Below, piece by piece: positions 13,395-27,499 of a stretch of DNA of 64,000 bases; position 1 is the first letter of the stretch, and the number at the start of each line of letters is the position of its first letter. Both the position numbers and the translations under genes were made by a program. The notes under the pieces are model-generated. The model searched no databases. It saw only the letters and a list, made by a program, of their open reading frames with translations, and had not been told where the DNA came from. Origin of the DNA: Salpingoeca rosetta (Eukaryota; Protista; Choanoflagellata). The DNA lies in the NCBI GenBank assembly GCA_033442325.1, contig JAWQFM010000009.1:1117460-1181459 (forward strand), in the 5' to 3' direction.

Positions 13395-14906
13395 GCAAGC
13401 AGTTGCAAATGGGGGTGAAGTGAGTGGGAATGTTTGAAACAAAGGCGGCAGACAGAGAGGCCTGGGGTATTGCAGACAGGGACAAGAAGACGACAGTTGC
13501 AGCACCAAGATGCAGGCAGCGTGCCATTCTTAAACATACATTGAGTTCGATTGCCTTCTTGTCCAGCTCCTTTGATGCAGATTCACTTCTCTCCGTATCT
13601 GCAGCAGTTGCAGCGTCATCAGCAGCAGCACGCTTGTCGTCCTTCTCCTGGTCGCCTGCTTCGCCTCTCAGTGTCGCCCCGTCACTGCTGTGTTGCGCAG
13701 CACTGCTCTGCGTCTTCTTGTTGGCCGCTTTCTTGTCATCCGCCTTCATCTCTCCCTTTGTCCCAACTTCCCTTTGCTCTTCTCCTCTCCTTTTCTGCTG
13801 CTGTTGCACCTGTTTGCCTAGCTTTGCCCGCTTGGCCATGTGTCCATCACCACCATCCTTATCTTCATTGTCACGGCTGTCACCTCCTTTTCTCCTCGAG
13901 TCCTTGCCGCGCTGCTTGTGCTGTTGCTTCTCCTGATGATGCCTTCCACCAGCACCGCTGCTGTCGGTGCTGCTGTCTGCTGCCTTGTGCCGCTTCGCGT
14001 GCTGCTGCTTCTGTTCCTCCGCAGTGTCATCTCCACCAGCGCCACGTTGCCCGCCGCGCTGTTTCCTCGCACCACTCGCTTTTCCCTCTGTACCCTTCCG
14101 ACCAACTGCATTCCTCACACCGTCACCACCATCACCATCACCATCGCCGCTGCCGTGCTGCTGGTGCTGCTTAATCTTCATTTTCTCTGCAAACCGCTTT
14201 CCGCGCGTCTTCTTCGGCACAAGTGGCTTCCCATCCAGCACTTGCAGCGACGGCACAAGCGCTCGGATCTATCATGTGTGGCGTGTCAGCGTTGGTGAGT
14301 GAGTGGGCGAGTGAGTGAGAACGTGAGACCGTGAGACCGTGAGAGAGAGAGAGAGAGAGAGTGAGTGAGAGAGACCGTGAGTGAGTATGCGTGTGTGTGT
14401 CAGTGAGTGAGGGTGTGTTTGAGGGTGTGTTTGTGAGTGAGGGAGTGAGTGCGTGGGTGAAACGTTGAAGTAGAGGCTGGCACGTGCCCCACCTTTGTTG
14501 CGTAATCGTCCAGCTCGCAGATGGGGTTGCCACGCAGATTGAGGTTCGTGAGGAACTTGAGGTGGCCCAACACAGCAATGTCACTGCACACACACACACA
14601 CATGTGGATGAGCGCCACGGTGAAATTGAACATGGGGGTGAGCTGTGCTGGTGTAAATGCGGTAATGTACTGTGGCTTCCATGACATGTGTGTTTGCATG
14701 TGCGCGTGTGCGTGTTCACATGTGTCCGCATGTGTGTGTGTGTGTGATCGAACGCACTCAAAGGAGCGAATGAGGTTCTTGCCGACATCGAGGAGACAGA
14801 GGCTGAAAGTGGTGGTGATGGTGATGCAGGGTGTAAGGGGTAAGCGAAGCAGCCACGAGCGCGTACGCAAACAGATGGCAACCGAACAGTGCCGATACAA
14901 ACGCCC

Positions 14907-14945
<39 letters not shown>

Positions 14946-15249
14946 GCACACATACTTCATATGCACACGTGAAGCCACAAAGCAACACCCAGGATCACTC
15001 ACTGCAAGTTGAACATGAGCGCCTCTGGGAGGGCCGTGATTTTGTTGTTGTTGAGTCGCAGCTCCTTCAAACTCGTGCACGCCTGCACATTTGTCCACAA
15101 CCCAAGACGTGGTGTGGTGTCGGTGTTGGTGGTGGTGATGAGACGATGGGCAGCAAACGGTGACGGAGAAAGTTGGCAGTGATTTGCTGAGCGGTTCTCA
15201 ATGCGCAACCGACAAAACCACAAACACAGACAGACAGACAGACAGACAG

Positions 15250-15282
<33 letters not shown>

Positions 15283-16884
15283 AACACACACACACACAAA
15301 CAGACACACAAACACAACACATAACCAAAGAAACAAATGTCGGCACACCTTCAGGTTGGGCACTTGACGCAGCATGTTGTGCGAGAGTGCAAGTTTGCGC
15401 AGCTCCTTGAGCGAATTGAACGTCTTGGCATCAATCTCCTCAATCAGGTTATGCGAGGCGACTACGATCGCGCGCGCGCGCGTGTGTGTGTGTGCGTGTG
15501 TGTGTGTGTAATGGGCGCATTGTCGCGCGTTGGTGAGACGCAAACTTGAGTGCGAGACGCACAGCAGCAATTCCCGCACGAGAAAGTGTGCGCTAACACA
15601 AGAGCATCACAGCACAATCTTCTCCCTTCTCTCTCGTTGCATACCGAGAGCGTCGAGATTAGCAAGGAGTCTGACACCATCGATGCTCTTGATCTGATTG
15701 TTGTTCACGACAAGCGCCTTCAAGCCTGCCACAAGCACAGTACACGCATGTGTGTGGTTGTGTTTGCGTGTAAGTGCGTTTGTGTGGGAGTGTATGCGTG
15801 TGTGTGAGTGAGTTGACATGGCATTACTCTGGCGTGCACGTGAAAGCTGACATGCTCCCACTCACACAGCTGGTGTGCGTGTGTGTGCGTGTGTGATCAC
15901 ATGTGCAAATGGAGCCGCACAAGGCACTGACTTCGAACGTCTGCGACGTGCTGGATGCTGGCGAGGTTGTTGTGGCTGGCCTTGAGTGCTGCAGCAAGCA
16001 CATGTCATTCAGACACAACGTGAGCAGGGAGCACCCCAAGTTTGAACCGTGAGTGAGTGAGTGAGTGAGTGAGTGAGTGAGTGAGTGAGTGAGTGAGTGA
16101 GTGAGTGAGTGAGTGAGTGAGTGAGTGAGTGAGTGAGTGAGTGAGTGAGTGAGTGAGTGAGTGAGTGAGTGAGTGTAACTGTGAGTGAGTGCGTATTGGG
16201 TGGGGGTGAATGAAAGTAAGCATGCGTAGATGCCATGATACGCACTGATGAGGTTTGTCAGCTTTGTGAGGCCCTTGATAGCGCGGAGCGAGTTGTGTGA
16301 GACGTCCAACAGCGACAGCTGTTTCAAATCACCTGAAGGACAACACGGCAGCGCCACAACCGTGAACGTTTGTGCAAACAAAGTGCATGCGGTGCCAAGC
16401 GTGTGCGCCCGAACGTGGAATCATGGAATGTCATGTGCTTGTGCTGTGCTTGTGCATACCGAGCGGTGTGGTCTTTGTGAGGTTGTTGCGAGAGAGGTTG
16501 AAGCGTCGCAGCTCCACGCATGGACTAAGAATCACAAGACATGACATCACGTTGTATGTCGTGAGTTTAACAAAGGCGCAAGAAGAGAGATAGATATGCG
16601 CCTGTGAGCACGAACACACGCAGATACACACACACACACAGACGTACAGACATACAGCTACACAAGTACAGACACACAGACACACAGAGATACACAAGTG
16701 CACAGATACACAAATGGAGTTGCACATACACACACACGCACATGCACATGCAGTTACACACACACACACTGCACCTGATGTCATCTTCAAGGGCGGTGAT
16801 GCCTTTGTTGGAGGCGTTGATGGAGGTGACTGTGCGCAAGTCTTGGTTGCACAAGTCCGACAGCAAGGCCAGTGTCAGCTTCAT
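13133..16884 (-). CDS. SDS22-like leucine-rich repeat protein with LRRcap and Lys-rich low-complexity C-terminus
   Basis: ATG at 16884 (MKLTLALLSDLCNQDLRTVTSINASNKGITALEDD). Successive small exons encode LRRs: LRRFNLSRNNL, LSLLDVSHNSL, LKALVVNNNQI, LRKLALSHNML, LKELRLNNNKI, LTNLNLRGNPIC. LRRcap ...PSLQVLDGK. Basic tail ends LASVGQW* at 13133. Confidence 0.85.
16049..16175. repeat. (GTGA)n/(TCAC)n tetranucleotide microsatellite in an LRR-gene intron
   Basis: Directly visible run gagtgagtga... Confidence 0.97.
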
Positions 16885-19346
16885 CGTGAATCACCCCCTT
16901 TTATGCGTCTGTTTTGAAAAGCAAAACAAAACAAAACAAAGCATAAGATGAGAAAGAGCCATGGCTGATACGGTGAGAGGGGTAAACGTTGCAAGTAAAG
17001 AAAAAGAGACGCATTGTTGTTGTTGTTGCTGTTGTTGTTGTTGTTGTTGCTGCTGCTGCTGTTGCTGTTGCTGTTCCATGCTGCTGTGTGTTCCCATCTC
17101 ACACCACTCACACCCACACACACACACACACACGCACACACATGCACGCCAACCTTTGTCTTCTCTCTGCTTTGTTTTGTGTCCGGTGCACGTGTGTGTG
17201 TGAGTGTGTGAATTGTGTGGCAGGCTGACAGTGGTGAAAATTTATGGTATCTTTCACCAATCGTCACGAATGGCGCAACCGAACGAAGGACTCGTCGTTG
17301 CTTTCTTCGTTGCTCGTGCACACACACCGATTTCACACACACACAACAACAACAACAACACGACCAATCAACCAACCATCGACACCCTTGTCCTCGTGAG
17401 CCCACACCCCAACCTCACGACCTCACGAGCAGCCTGTGGGTGACGCGACTGTGTTCCCATGCCGTTGTGGCCGCTGCCACCCTTTGACATTCCTGCACCA
17501 GCTACTAGGACCAGGGTAGATAGTCAGGCAGTTGCAACCATCCAACATCCACCAACATCCACCAACAGCAAAACAACGATCGACAACGACAGCCACTGCC
17601 AAGCTGTTTTTCTGAGCTGTGTATCCGTCTCACTTCCCGTTCCCAGCCCAATCTCTCGATCGGCCACTGTGCCTCTCTGCCTCGGGCTGCACTACACTGC
17701 TTCTTGAGCAAGCCAAAGCACCGCCCACTGACCAACACACACACCCAACTGCTTTTCAGTGGCGGTCCGGTTTTCTTGCACACTCCTCTCTTTCCGCAAC
17801 CAATCCACCAACCAAAACAACAGCAACCCAACTGCTGTTGCTGCCTCACCCAATTCGCAGCACAGCACAGTACAACAGCTTGCCAGCGACAATAACGGTG
17901 CGTGAAACGCACATCCCGCGCATGCACGGCCTAGTTTGAGTTGCGTTATTCTTGGTCATGTGAATGAGTGCCCTTCAGCACCTTCACACAACTCCACACA
18001 CACACACACACAACATACAACACAACTCCACACACAACCAATGTGCCTCGCCCATATGCGTCGTGTGCAAATCGCAGTTTGCTGACACGTGTTGCTCACA
18101 CACACACACACACGCACACACACATGAACACACACGCACACATACGTGCACGCGCCTTTGCATTGGTTGGTTGCTCACAGCCAAAGGGGGTTTGTTGCTG
18201 TCAAAGCAGACAAGTCTGGTTGTCGTCAGGTGGGCCGTGACCAAACCGTCCACAACTCACCGCCGCCGTTCCACCCGAGCTCAACGGTTCGTGCCCTCCC
18301 CCCCCCCTCTCTTCCCACTCGTTGCCCCCCCCCCCCTGTCGCCGTGTCTCTTCGCTTCGTTTCTGCGCGTGTGAATCGCATGCCATACCATCACCAAAGC
18401 ACACCGACAATGCACACGGGTAGCTGTTCGTGCGCCATTCATGCTCGCTCGCTCGCTCGCACGCACGCACACATTCACGCACGCACCTACAAACCAAAAC
18501 AAACGAGAAGCACACAAACACACACTCGCTCGCAACCACATCAAACCAATCAACCTAGCGTACGCTCTCGCTCACTTGTTGTGCTTTCTTGTTCGCCTTC
18601 ATTGCCATCATCATCATCATCATCATCATCATCATTGTTGTGGTTGCTATTGTGTGGCTGCTTCCCACCCTCTGATCGATCACCATCGACTTTCCCTCGC
18701 CACCGTCAACCTCGGGCCCGCATTCACCCTTGCTCTTCTCCGCGCGTGTGTTGCTCGATTTGGCACACGTTGCTGCTGCCGCTGCTTCTGCTGCTGCTGC
18801 TGCTGTTGCTGCTCGTGCCATCCCGTGTTGCGCATCATCCCTTTCTCTCCTCTCGATTTCCTCCTCGCACGAACCGTCATTACCACCAACTCCATCTCCC
18901 GCTCCAACACTTGCCACGAACACCCTCTCCACACCCACGCACGAACCTAAACCTTCTCCCTTGACCGTGGCTCGCCTCCCTCTGCACTTCAATACCGTGC
19001 TCCTTTCTCGTCCGTCGGCTTTCCGTCTCGGGCGCGCCATTTCTTCACAACATCTCACCTCGCCATCGTCACTTACCATTGCGCACCTCTTCATCAAACA
19101 CCATCAACGCGCACCCTACCCTGATCAACTGGCAACCGCCAACTCCCATCGGCGTCTTCTTCACTTCATCCCTGCCTGCCATACATCTCCTTCTGCGCCT
19201 CGCCGCGGACGTCTTGTCGTCCTGTGTGCGTGTGTACGCGCGTGTTACGTGTACACGTCTTCATCCCCTTTCCTCTTCACACACACACACACACACGCAC
19301 ACACACACCCAACGCGTGCGCGTGTGTGTTCGTGTGAACACCGACG

Positions 19347-22300
19347 ATGGCGGATCTCCACCTCGAACCCGTTGTTGATGGCGGCTATCAGGAGGTCGAG
19401 CCGGCCACCATGGACCGCGACGATGCCGTGAAGCAGCAGCTCCTGCAGCTGGAGGCAGACTACCATGCTGGTGAGTTTACATTTGCCACTTTGTGTGCAT
19501 GTGTATGTGCGTGTTGTGCGTTGTGTGTTGTGCGTTGTGTGTGTGTGTGTGTGTGTGTTGTGTGTTGTGCATGTGTGACTTCTTGCGCTTACACCGCTGT
19601 TGCGTTACATGCCGCCCATCCCGCTGTGTCACCTTTCCCCATCAACACTTCTCACCTTCACCCCTCACGCCTCCCCCACGCCAACCAACCAACCAACCAA
19701 CCAACCAACCAACCAACCAACCAACCAACCAACCAACCAACCAACCAACCAACCAACCAACCAACCGAGCAGGCCGTATCACGAAGAAAGGCTACCAAGA
19801 GTACTACCACGAGATTATGCTGCAGCGCAACGGGCCAACAGCGTCCGTGCTGCCCGGCTCACCGGGATCGCCGGCGTCACACCGTCGCTCCTCCTCGTCA
19901 CCGAGCGAAACGAGCTCCCATTCCCCCGTGAGCCGCGGGTCGTCGACGCCGAGATCGGGCGACCACCACCGCGTGGAGTCGCCCTCAAAGTATGGCCTCC
20001 TCGCACAGCTGCAGCAGCAGAAGCAGCACATGCAGCAGCGAAACGGCCACCAGCACCAGCAAGAACAGCAGCAACATCAAGAACAACAGCATGGGCATGT
20101 CGTGCGCCACCACACGATGACATCTGAGCTTGATAGCGACGGCGAAGGGAGTATGGACAGCTTCGACACTGCTGTAGGCAACAACGCCGCCGTGCTTGAA
20201 CTCCCGCGCACAGACGGGTTTGACGTGACCGTTGTCGCCGAGGAAACAACCGAGCACGTGTGGGACGAGCGCAGCAGTGCCAGCCGCCGCGCTGTCTCAC
20301 CACGCACCGGCGCCGAGGGCAAGTCGCAGCGGAGGCCCGTTGCAGAGGTTACCACCACCACCGCCACCACCGCCCACGGTAGCAGCCAGCAACACCACCA
20401 CCACCATACCGCTGCTGCTGTTGATGATGACGACGACGATGATGACGGCCTGGACTACGATGAGTGCGAGAATGAAGGCGTGGAGCACTCACAGCGCGTG
20501 GATGTGTACGCGGCGTTCAGCAGCGTGCGTCCACCCACGTCCCCTCGCCGCCACACGGAATACGAGGAGGTCATGGTGGCACCCGGCGCTGGTCAACACC
20601 CCCACCACCACCAACAACAGCAGCATCAGCAGCATCAGCAGCATCAGCAGCAGGATGCGACGCTGTATTCGCAGCCCGGGGACGAAGATGATGCCATCCA
20701 CGAGCAGTGGCAGCAGGTGGCACCCGTCGACTACAGCGACCACTTTGACTTCCCACTGCCGCCGCCGCCGCCACCACCGCCACTCCCGCGCCACGCAGAC
20801 CGCTTCCAGGGCCGCGAGTACGAGACCGTGGACAGCCTCCCGCCGGAGATCTTCGGGCCGGACCCCGTCGGCGCACGTGCGCACGAGCAGAGCGAGGCCC
20901 GCCGCAGCAAGAAGAACAAGAAGGCGTCCAAGCAGCGCAAGAAGAAGAAGGACGAGCCCGTGTACGTGCCCTCTGCCCAGCAGCCGGGCCGTGAACACCA
21001 GAGCCTGTATGAACAGCCGGCAGCCGTGAGCAGCTCCTCGCCTGCACGCCGTGGCCGCAGCGAGCACAGCGCACTCCACGACCCCATGCGCCGGCTCAGC
21101 GGGCAGCACAAGACGCTGTCGTACAAGCCCGTGCACGGGCACGTGGAGCGGGTGCAGCGAATGCTGCAGGAGGAAGCGCAGAACAGGGGGCGCATCCCGC
21201 GTGAACGGTACGAGACGCTCTCGCGCCAGCCAGAGTCCGAGGCACACCGCTTCCTGACGCAACTGCGCAAGGCAAAGCGGACCGTGCTTCCGTTTAGCGA
21301 GCGCGCCCTGCAAGGCATGGAGACCCCCACCCCGGGCAACGTGGGCGTGTCCCCGCACGGCAATCGCCAGCCGTTTGCGTCTGGGTACAGCTTCCCCTTT
21401 GACAACTCCACAGACGGCGCGCCACAGAGCACCGATTCGATTGACCTGACGAGCGCAACCACGTTTGCAGAGTCGCTCACGCTGCGGTACAGCTACGTGC
21501 CCAACGCCAGCGCCCTGCAGGTGCACACGCGCGGGGGAAAGGCGTGCACGTCGTTCACGTGGAAGATGCTGCGCAAGCAGGCGCGAGCCGTATCGGAGGT
21601 GCTGCAGCAGGCCATGGCAGCCCGCCGCGGAGAGGCAAGCCTCATTGCCAACACGGACAGGGCGCACTCTGGCTCGCGACAGCACTACGCAGCGCTCATC
21701 TTCGACTCGAGCAATCCCACCAGCATCTCCAACTTTGCCGTTGCCTTCCACGGCGCCACCATGGGCGGCCTCATCCCCGTGCCGCTCGCCTTCCCCATGG
21801 CAGACGACCCGGCGAGCATGCACGTGCGCGTGCGCTCGCTCGGCTTCGTCATGAGCTCGTGTGCTGTCAGCATCGTCATCAGCGACACGACCATGCGCAA
21901 GGTGCTTGACGAGGCGTGTGGTGGCGCCCTCACCCGCGGCCCGCTGCCCAAGGGCTGGCCCGACGTGCCGTGGATGTTCGTCGACCGCCTCCCCCGCATG
22001 AAGAAGACGAGGCAGCGCGGTGTGCACGTCAGCAACAGGGACGACATTGCGTTTGCCATGCCGGACCTGGCCACGTACAACGACATCAAGACTGTGGCAA
22101 TGACGCACGACAACGTGTTTGCGCAGACGGCCGCGTTCAAGGCCTCACTCAGCCTCTCCAACACGAACCAGGTGTCTGTGGTGGCAGACGTGACGACAGG
22201 GCCAGGCATGTGGGTGGCGCTCGCCACGGGTGTCACGTGCGGTTATGAGACAATTGTCATTCCGTCGTACACCATTGACAAGAAGCCAAAGCAGACCTGG

Positions 22301-24704
22301 GCGCACCTCTCCAAGTCTCCTCGCGCAGGTGCCCACAATGCTGCTTGCTTGCTTGTGTAGTTGTAGTTGTGTGTTTGTGGTTGTGCATTTGTATTTTGTG
22401 TGTTTGTGGTTGTGCATTTGTATTTTGTGTGCTTGTGGTTGTGTATTTGTATTTGTATTTGTATTTGTGTTGTATTGTGTACATGTGGTGTGTGTGTGTG
22501 TGTGTGTTCTATGGCGTGATGCGCCTACTAACCCGCCACACACACACACACACATTTTTTTGTCATCTTCGACTTGTGACAGACACACTAGTTGTGGTTG
22601 ATGTGGACGGACTGAAGGCGCTGACGGGCACGCGCGAGGCGATTGATGCGTTTGCTGCACATATCCCGGACGTGGGTCGCTTTGTGATTATGCTGCAGAA
22701 CGTTGTGCAGCGCGACGTGGTTAAGTGCGTCAAGGCGCTCGTTCACAAGGGGCTTCCCCAACAGGTGAGCTGCATGTGCATGTGTGTGACACCTTTTTGT
22801 TGTGTGTGTGCGAGTGTCTTGGTTTTGTTGTGCGTGATGTTTTTATTGTGCGAGTGTGTTGGTTGTGTGCATGTGTGTGTGCATGTGTGTGTATATGTGT
22901 GTGTGTGTGTGCTTGTTGTCGTACGTGATTGTGTGTGTGTGATTGGCTGAGCGTCATTTTGAGCTTGGCAGTTCTAGTTTCACCTGCAGGTCACTCACCA
23001 GTATTGTGCACGCCTTGAACGCTCTGCCATGAACGCAACCCGCCACCACACAGCGCGTGCTGGTGTCGATGTTCAGCGCCACAGGCAATTTCATCATGAC
23101 GGGGCCGCTTGCACAATTCCGCACAGACGGCGAGCACGTGCGTCTGTCGTGTGTTCTCCCCGCCCCGGGCATGCAAGCCTCCATGAACATGGGCCTGGTC
23201 CTCGCAAGTCCCCTCGCAGGTGCGCTGGGCGTTGAGTGCGTGTGCGTGCAAGTTGTGTGGGCGTTGAGTGCATGTGCGTGCAAGTTGTGTGCATGTGGGT
23301 AGGCGTGTTTTGGTGTACAGACCACAAGTTGCCACCGTCTGCACAACATGTTTCACTCTCGTGCCCTTACGCTCGCCCACGCCTTTTCGCTCTGCACCGC
23401 TGCTGCCACAGGCGCATACGTTGGTGTCGTCCGCGTACACGCGGATGAGCCGTGCGTGGAGACTGAACAGGGCGAAATTGTCATCAGCAGCAAGACCGCT
23501 GCGTCCCAATTCGTCGGTGCGTGACAGCGTGTATGTGGTTGTATCCCCTGTTGCGTGCATGTGTGTTGTTGTTTGTTGTGCAATGTGTGAGTGTGCTGAG
23601 CGTTGACTTTGAGTATTGGCTTTCCATCCTCTCAATTCCGCTCTCACACCCACTTCCATCGCGCCCCCGTCCCCTCCAGGCCTTGAGATGCAATCTGCCA
23701 ACACGTTTGCTGTCACTGTTCCCGGCGCTTCCGAGTCGATGAAGTTCACACGCACCGGTCTCCTCGGATGTGTCAACTTCAAGGCGGTGCGTCCACCTGT
23801 TGCTGCTGTTGAGGGGAGGGCACATGCATGTGTGGTTGTGAGTGAGTCCGTGAGTGTGTGTGTGTGTGTGTTAGATGCTTCCCTTGCCCTTACTTGTGTG
23901 TCCACGCGCGCAAACCATACCGAAGACCTCCTCACCCTACTCCTCATCGTCATCACCAACCATCACCACCCATTGCCCCTGTGCAGGATGGCAAACCTGA
24001 GGTTGTTGTGACGGGACTGCGCCGTGATCTGATGATGGTGGAGGGATTTGCCATTCTTCGATTCGGCATTGAGAACACCATCACCGATTGCCAAGAGGTG
24101 CGCGCAGCCGCCATTGCCACTGTCACTCCCCCCCCCCCCCACCACCACCACTGCTGCTGTTGCTGCTGCTGCCGCTGTTGTTTTTGCTGGTATGTGTTGC
24201 TGCTTCTCATGCATTCAGCTCAAGTCTCAAGTCCACGCATCATCCCCATGCCCTCTTTGCCCTTGATCCTGCCTCCATCATGTGCGTGGCACCAACAGAA
24301 GTACAAGCTGGAGCTTCCGATGAGCGGTCGCGATGCCGCCATCTTCGTCGATTCCGTCGCCGGCAGCAACCGCCTCGTCCTCATCCTCGAAACGGCGTTT
24401 GACGTGCTGGACGAGACAGACCCGAAGGACGTGCGTACACACACATTGCTGCGTGCTGCGTGCTGCGTGTTGTGCGTTGATAGTCATAATGCTGTTTTGA
24501 TATCGCTTGTCTCTCTACTCTTCGCATCGCTGCTGCGATGGCACTTCAACTCACACCATGCGCTGTGTGTTGTACGTTGCAGGTTGATAAGACGCTGCAG
24601 CTGCTGGCAGGCCACATTGAGAAGCACAACCAGATTCGCCCCTTTGCCATGCTTTTGGTTGAGGACAATGTGCTTCCACGCAACATCAACGGTGTGGGGC
24701 TTGC

Positions 24705-24762
<58 letters not shown>

Positions 24763-26855
24763 TGTGTGTACATGCGTGAAGTGTATATGTTGGGCCTTGT
24801 GGCTTGCTTGCTTGTGTGTGTATGTGTGTGTGCTCTTCATGGGCTCTCCCCCTCTCTGTGGAGCACTCTCCAATGTCACATCGCTCACCGATGACAACAC
24901 GTCATTCATTGCATTGCATCAGGTCGCGTGGACTCCGAGCTGTGTGCGGAGTTGTACACCTCTGGCCGCATTGACGCCTTGCACGTGTGCGTGGACTCCA
25001 TTTCCTGTATTCCAGACATTGTGGAGCAAACTTCCGCAGAGTCTCTCGACCGCCACGGATCGGGTGCGTGCATGAATGTGCACGTGTGCGCGTACATGCA
25101 GTGTGTGTGGGTGTGCGTGTGTGCGTGTGTGTGTGTGCGTGTGTGTGCGTGTGTGCTTGGTGGTGCTGTGCCTTCCTTGTGGGCATCAGTACGCTCGATC
25201 ACCGCGCTCACACTTCGTCTTCACATGTGTTTGTGCGCGCGTATTCAATGCAGTCGGCATCATTCCTGCACTTGAAACGGCGCCATCACAGCTGTCGCAA
25301 CTGTCTGGACCGGAAATCCACCTCGAGAGGGTGCGTGTGTTCATGAGCGTGTGCATATGAGCGTGAACGTGTACATGTGTATGTGCGTTCATTTGTGCGT
25401 TCTTTCTGTCCTCGCGCACGATTCAATCGTACTCACAATCACCACGCTTGCCACCAACAGAAACTTGCCAGCGCCAACACGATCCTGAGTCTGCTCGTGA
25501 AGAAACTGCGTCGCTCCCCGGACACGCCCATCTTCACCTTTGTGGACGAAAAGGTGCGCGTGCGCTTGATGTGTGTGTTTGTGTATGTATGTGTGTGTGT
25601 GTGTGTGCTTGTGTTTGTATGTGTGTGTGTGTGGTACGCCTTATTCGGTGACACACCCTCTGACGCACGTCTTATTTTGTCCATCCTGTCCATGGTACTT
25701 ACGTTCGTGTGCGTGCGTGCGTGTGCTTGTGCATACATGCAGGCAAAGCGACTTGCAGTGACGCCGAAGATGTTGATGACACGCGCGCGTCAGATTGCGC
25801 AATCGCTTCACAACGCGGACGTGAAAGTGCACGACGTTGTCCTTGTCATTGTCCCGCCATCCCCAGACCTGGTGCGCTCACATGTGTTTGTGTGTGCGTG
25901 TGTGTGTTTGTGTGTGCGTGTGCGCGTGTGCGTGTGTGCAATCGCCCAGTGCACCTGCTGTGAACCATCCACGTCATCTCCTCCTCCCTCCTGCTGCTCC
26001 TGCTCCTGCTCCTGCTCCTCCTCCTCCTCCTCTTGCTTTACCAACCACTTTTTGATTGCAGGTTGCATCCTTCTACGCGTGTCTGCTGCTTGGCGCTCTC
26101 CCCATCCTGCTGCCGACAGCGACGACGCGCGATGATGTGCACACCATGAGTAAGTGAATGGAATGGACATGGGTGCTGTGACACGCTGTATTGTCGAGCA
26201 CATGATGTGCAACTGTGCGCATGATGTGCAGTCCCGCGTGCGAACGTTCGACCGTTTTGGCTCAGGCACCCTCCATGCTCGCGCCTCCTCATCCCCAATC
26301 ACCTTTACCCTGTGGCAAATAATCCTGCGTTGTGCGCAGTGCCTGTGTGGGAGAGTGTTGCGCAGGCGATGCACGCAGGTGTGATGCTGACCACTCAGAA
26401 GCATCACCAGCGCGTTAAGCTCGCGGCAAAGGCCGAACTTCGCGGACGTGCGTGTGCTCATGATGCGATCAAGTGCTGTTCGTGTGGTGGTGTGCTGTTC
26501 GTGTGATGTCATATGTCGTCATCCTGGGCTTGCTTACCATGCCATTTCTAGTGTTTCTTGGTTGCCCCTTTGCATGTGCTGGCATCTCACCCCTCCTCAA
26601 TCCTGTCGCATTCGTACATACGTGTGTGCGTGTGTGCGTACATGTGTGCAGTTGAAGTCCAGACAGTGTTTGCTGATGCGAAGCAAGGGCGCGAGTACAC
26701 GAACATGCACACACCCGATGACCGCCGCAGCGCCGCCTTTGTCGAGTACACTGTCAGCAGCTCCGGCCTCCTCACGGGCGTCGAGGTCTCACACCTCAAC
26801 ATGCTCGCCCTCGGCCAGGCCTTCAAGGTCCGTTTGTTCGTGTGTGTGTGGTTGT

Positions 26856-26915
<60 letters not shown>

Positions 26916-27416
26916 GTGTTGTGTGTGTTGTGTGTGCTGCGTTGTGTTTAGATTGTGGGCAGTTTTGGGTTGACGGCATGCCTCACTTTGCCCGGTGTCG
27001 CACGGGGTTTGATGCATGCTGGTCCATGTGTTTTGCAGAATCAGCTGTCACTGGATGACACGCACACGATTCTTGTGCAAGCGGATCCGACGTCCGGCCT
27101 CGGTCTTGCGTCATGGATGTACCTGCACCTCAGTACGTTGTTGCGCACTGTATTTGTTGTGTGTGTGTGTGTGTGTATGGCACTCGTTCCTTGATCGCAT
27201 TTGCACACTGCGTTCACGTGGGCTTTTTTTTTTTTTTTGGTATTCATGTGCGCGGACGTTGTTCTTTCGCCACTCTGCTCACCGATACGTCTCCGACACA
27301 CATCCGTGCACACATGCGCATGCGTGTGCAGTTGTTGACCAGCCCTTTCTCCTCGTCTCCGAAGGACGACAGGTCAACCCGCTCCTCTGGCTCCACCTCG
27401 TCGCAAAACTCGACGG

Positions 27417-27499
<83 letters not shown>

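Noticed and set aside
16885-19346. Possible hidden gene or ncRNA in the 2.4-kb region between the LRR gene and DIP2
   Set aside because: Only low-complexity ORFs and short CAT/CTG/TTG repeats; no recognisable domain, splice-consistent exon chain or RNA structure. Probably promoters and UTRs.
20489-22108. Long antisense ORF (539 aa) opposite DIP2 exon 2
   Set aside because: Expected from GC-rich codon bias on the sense strand; no recognisable protein features.
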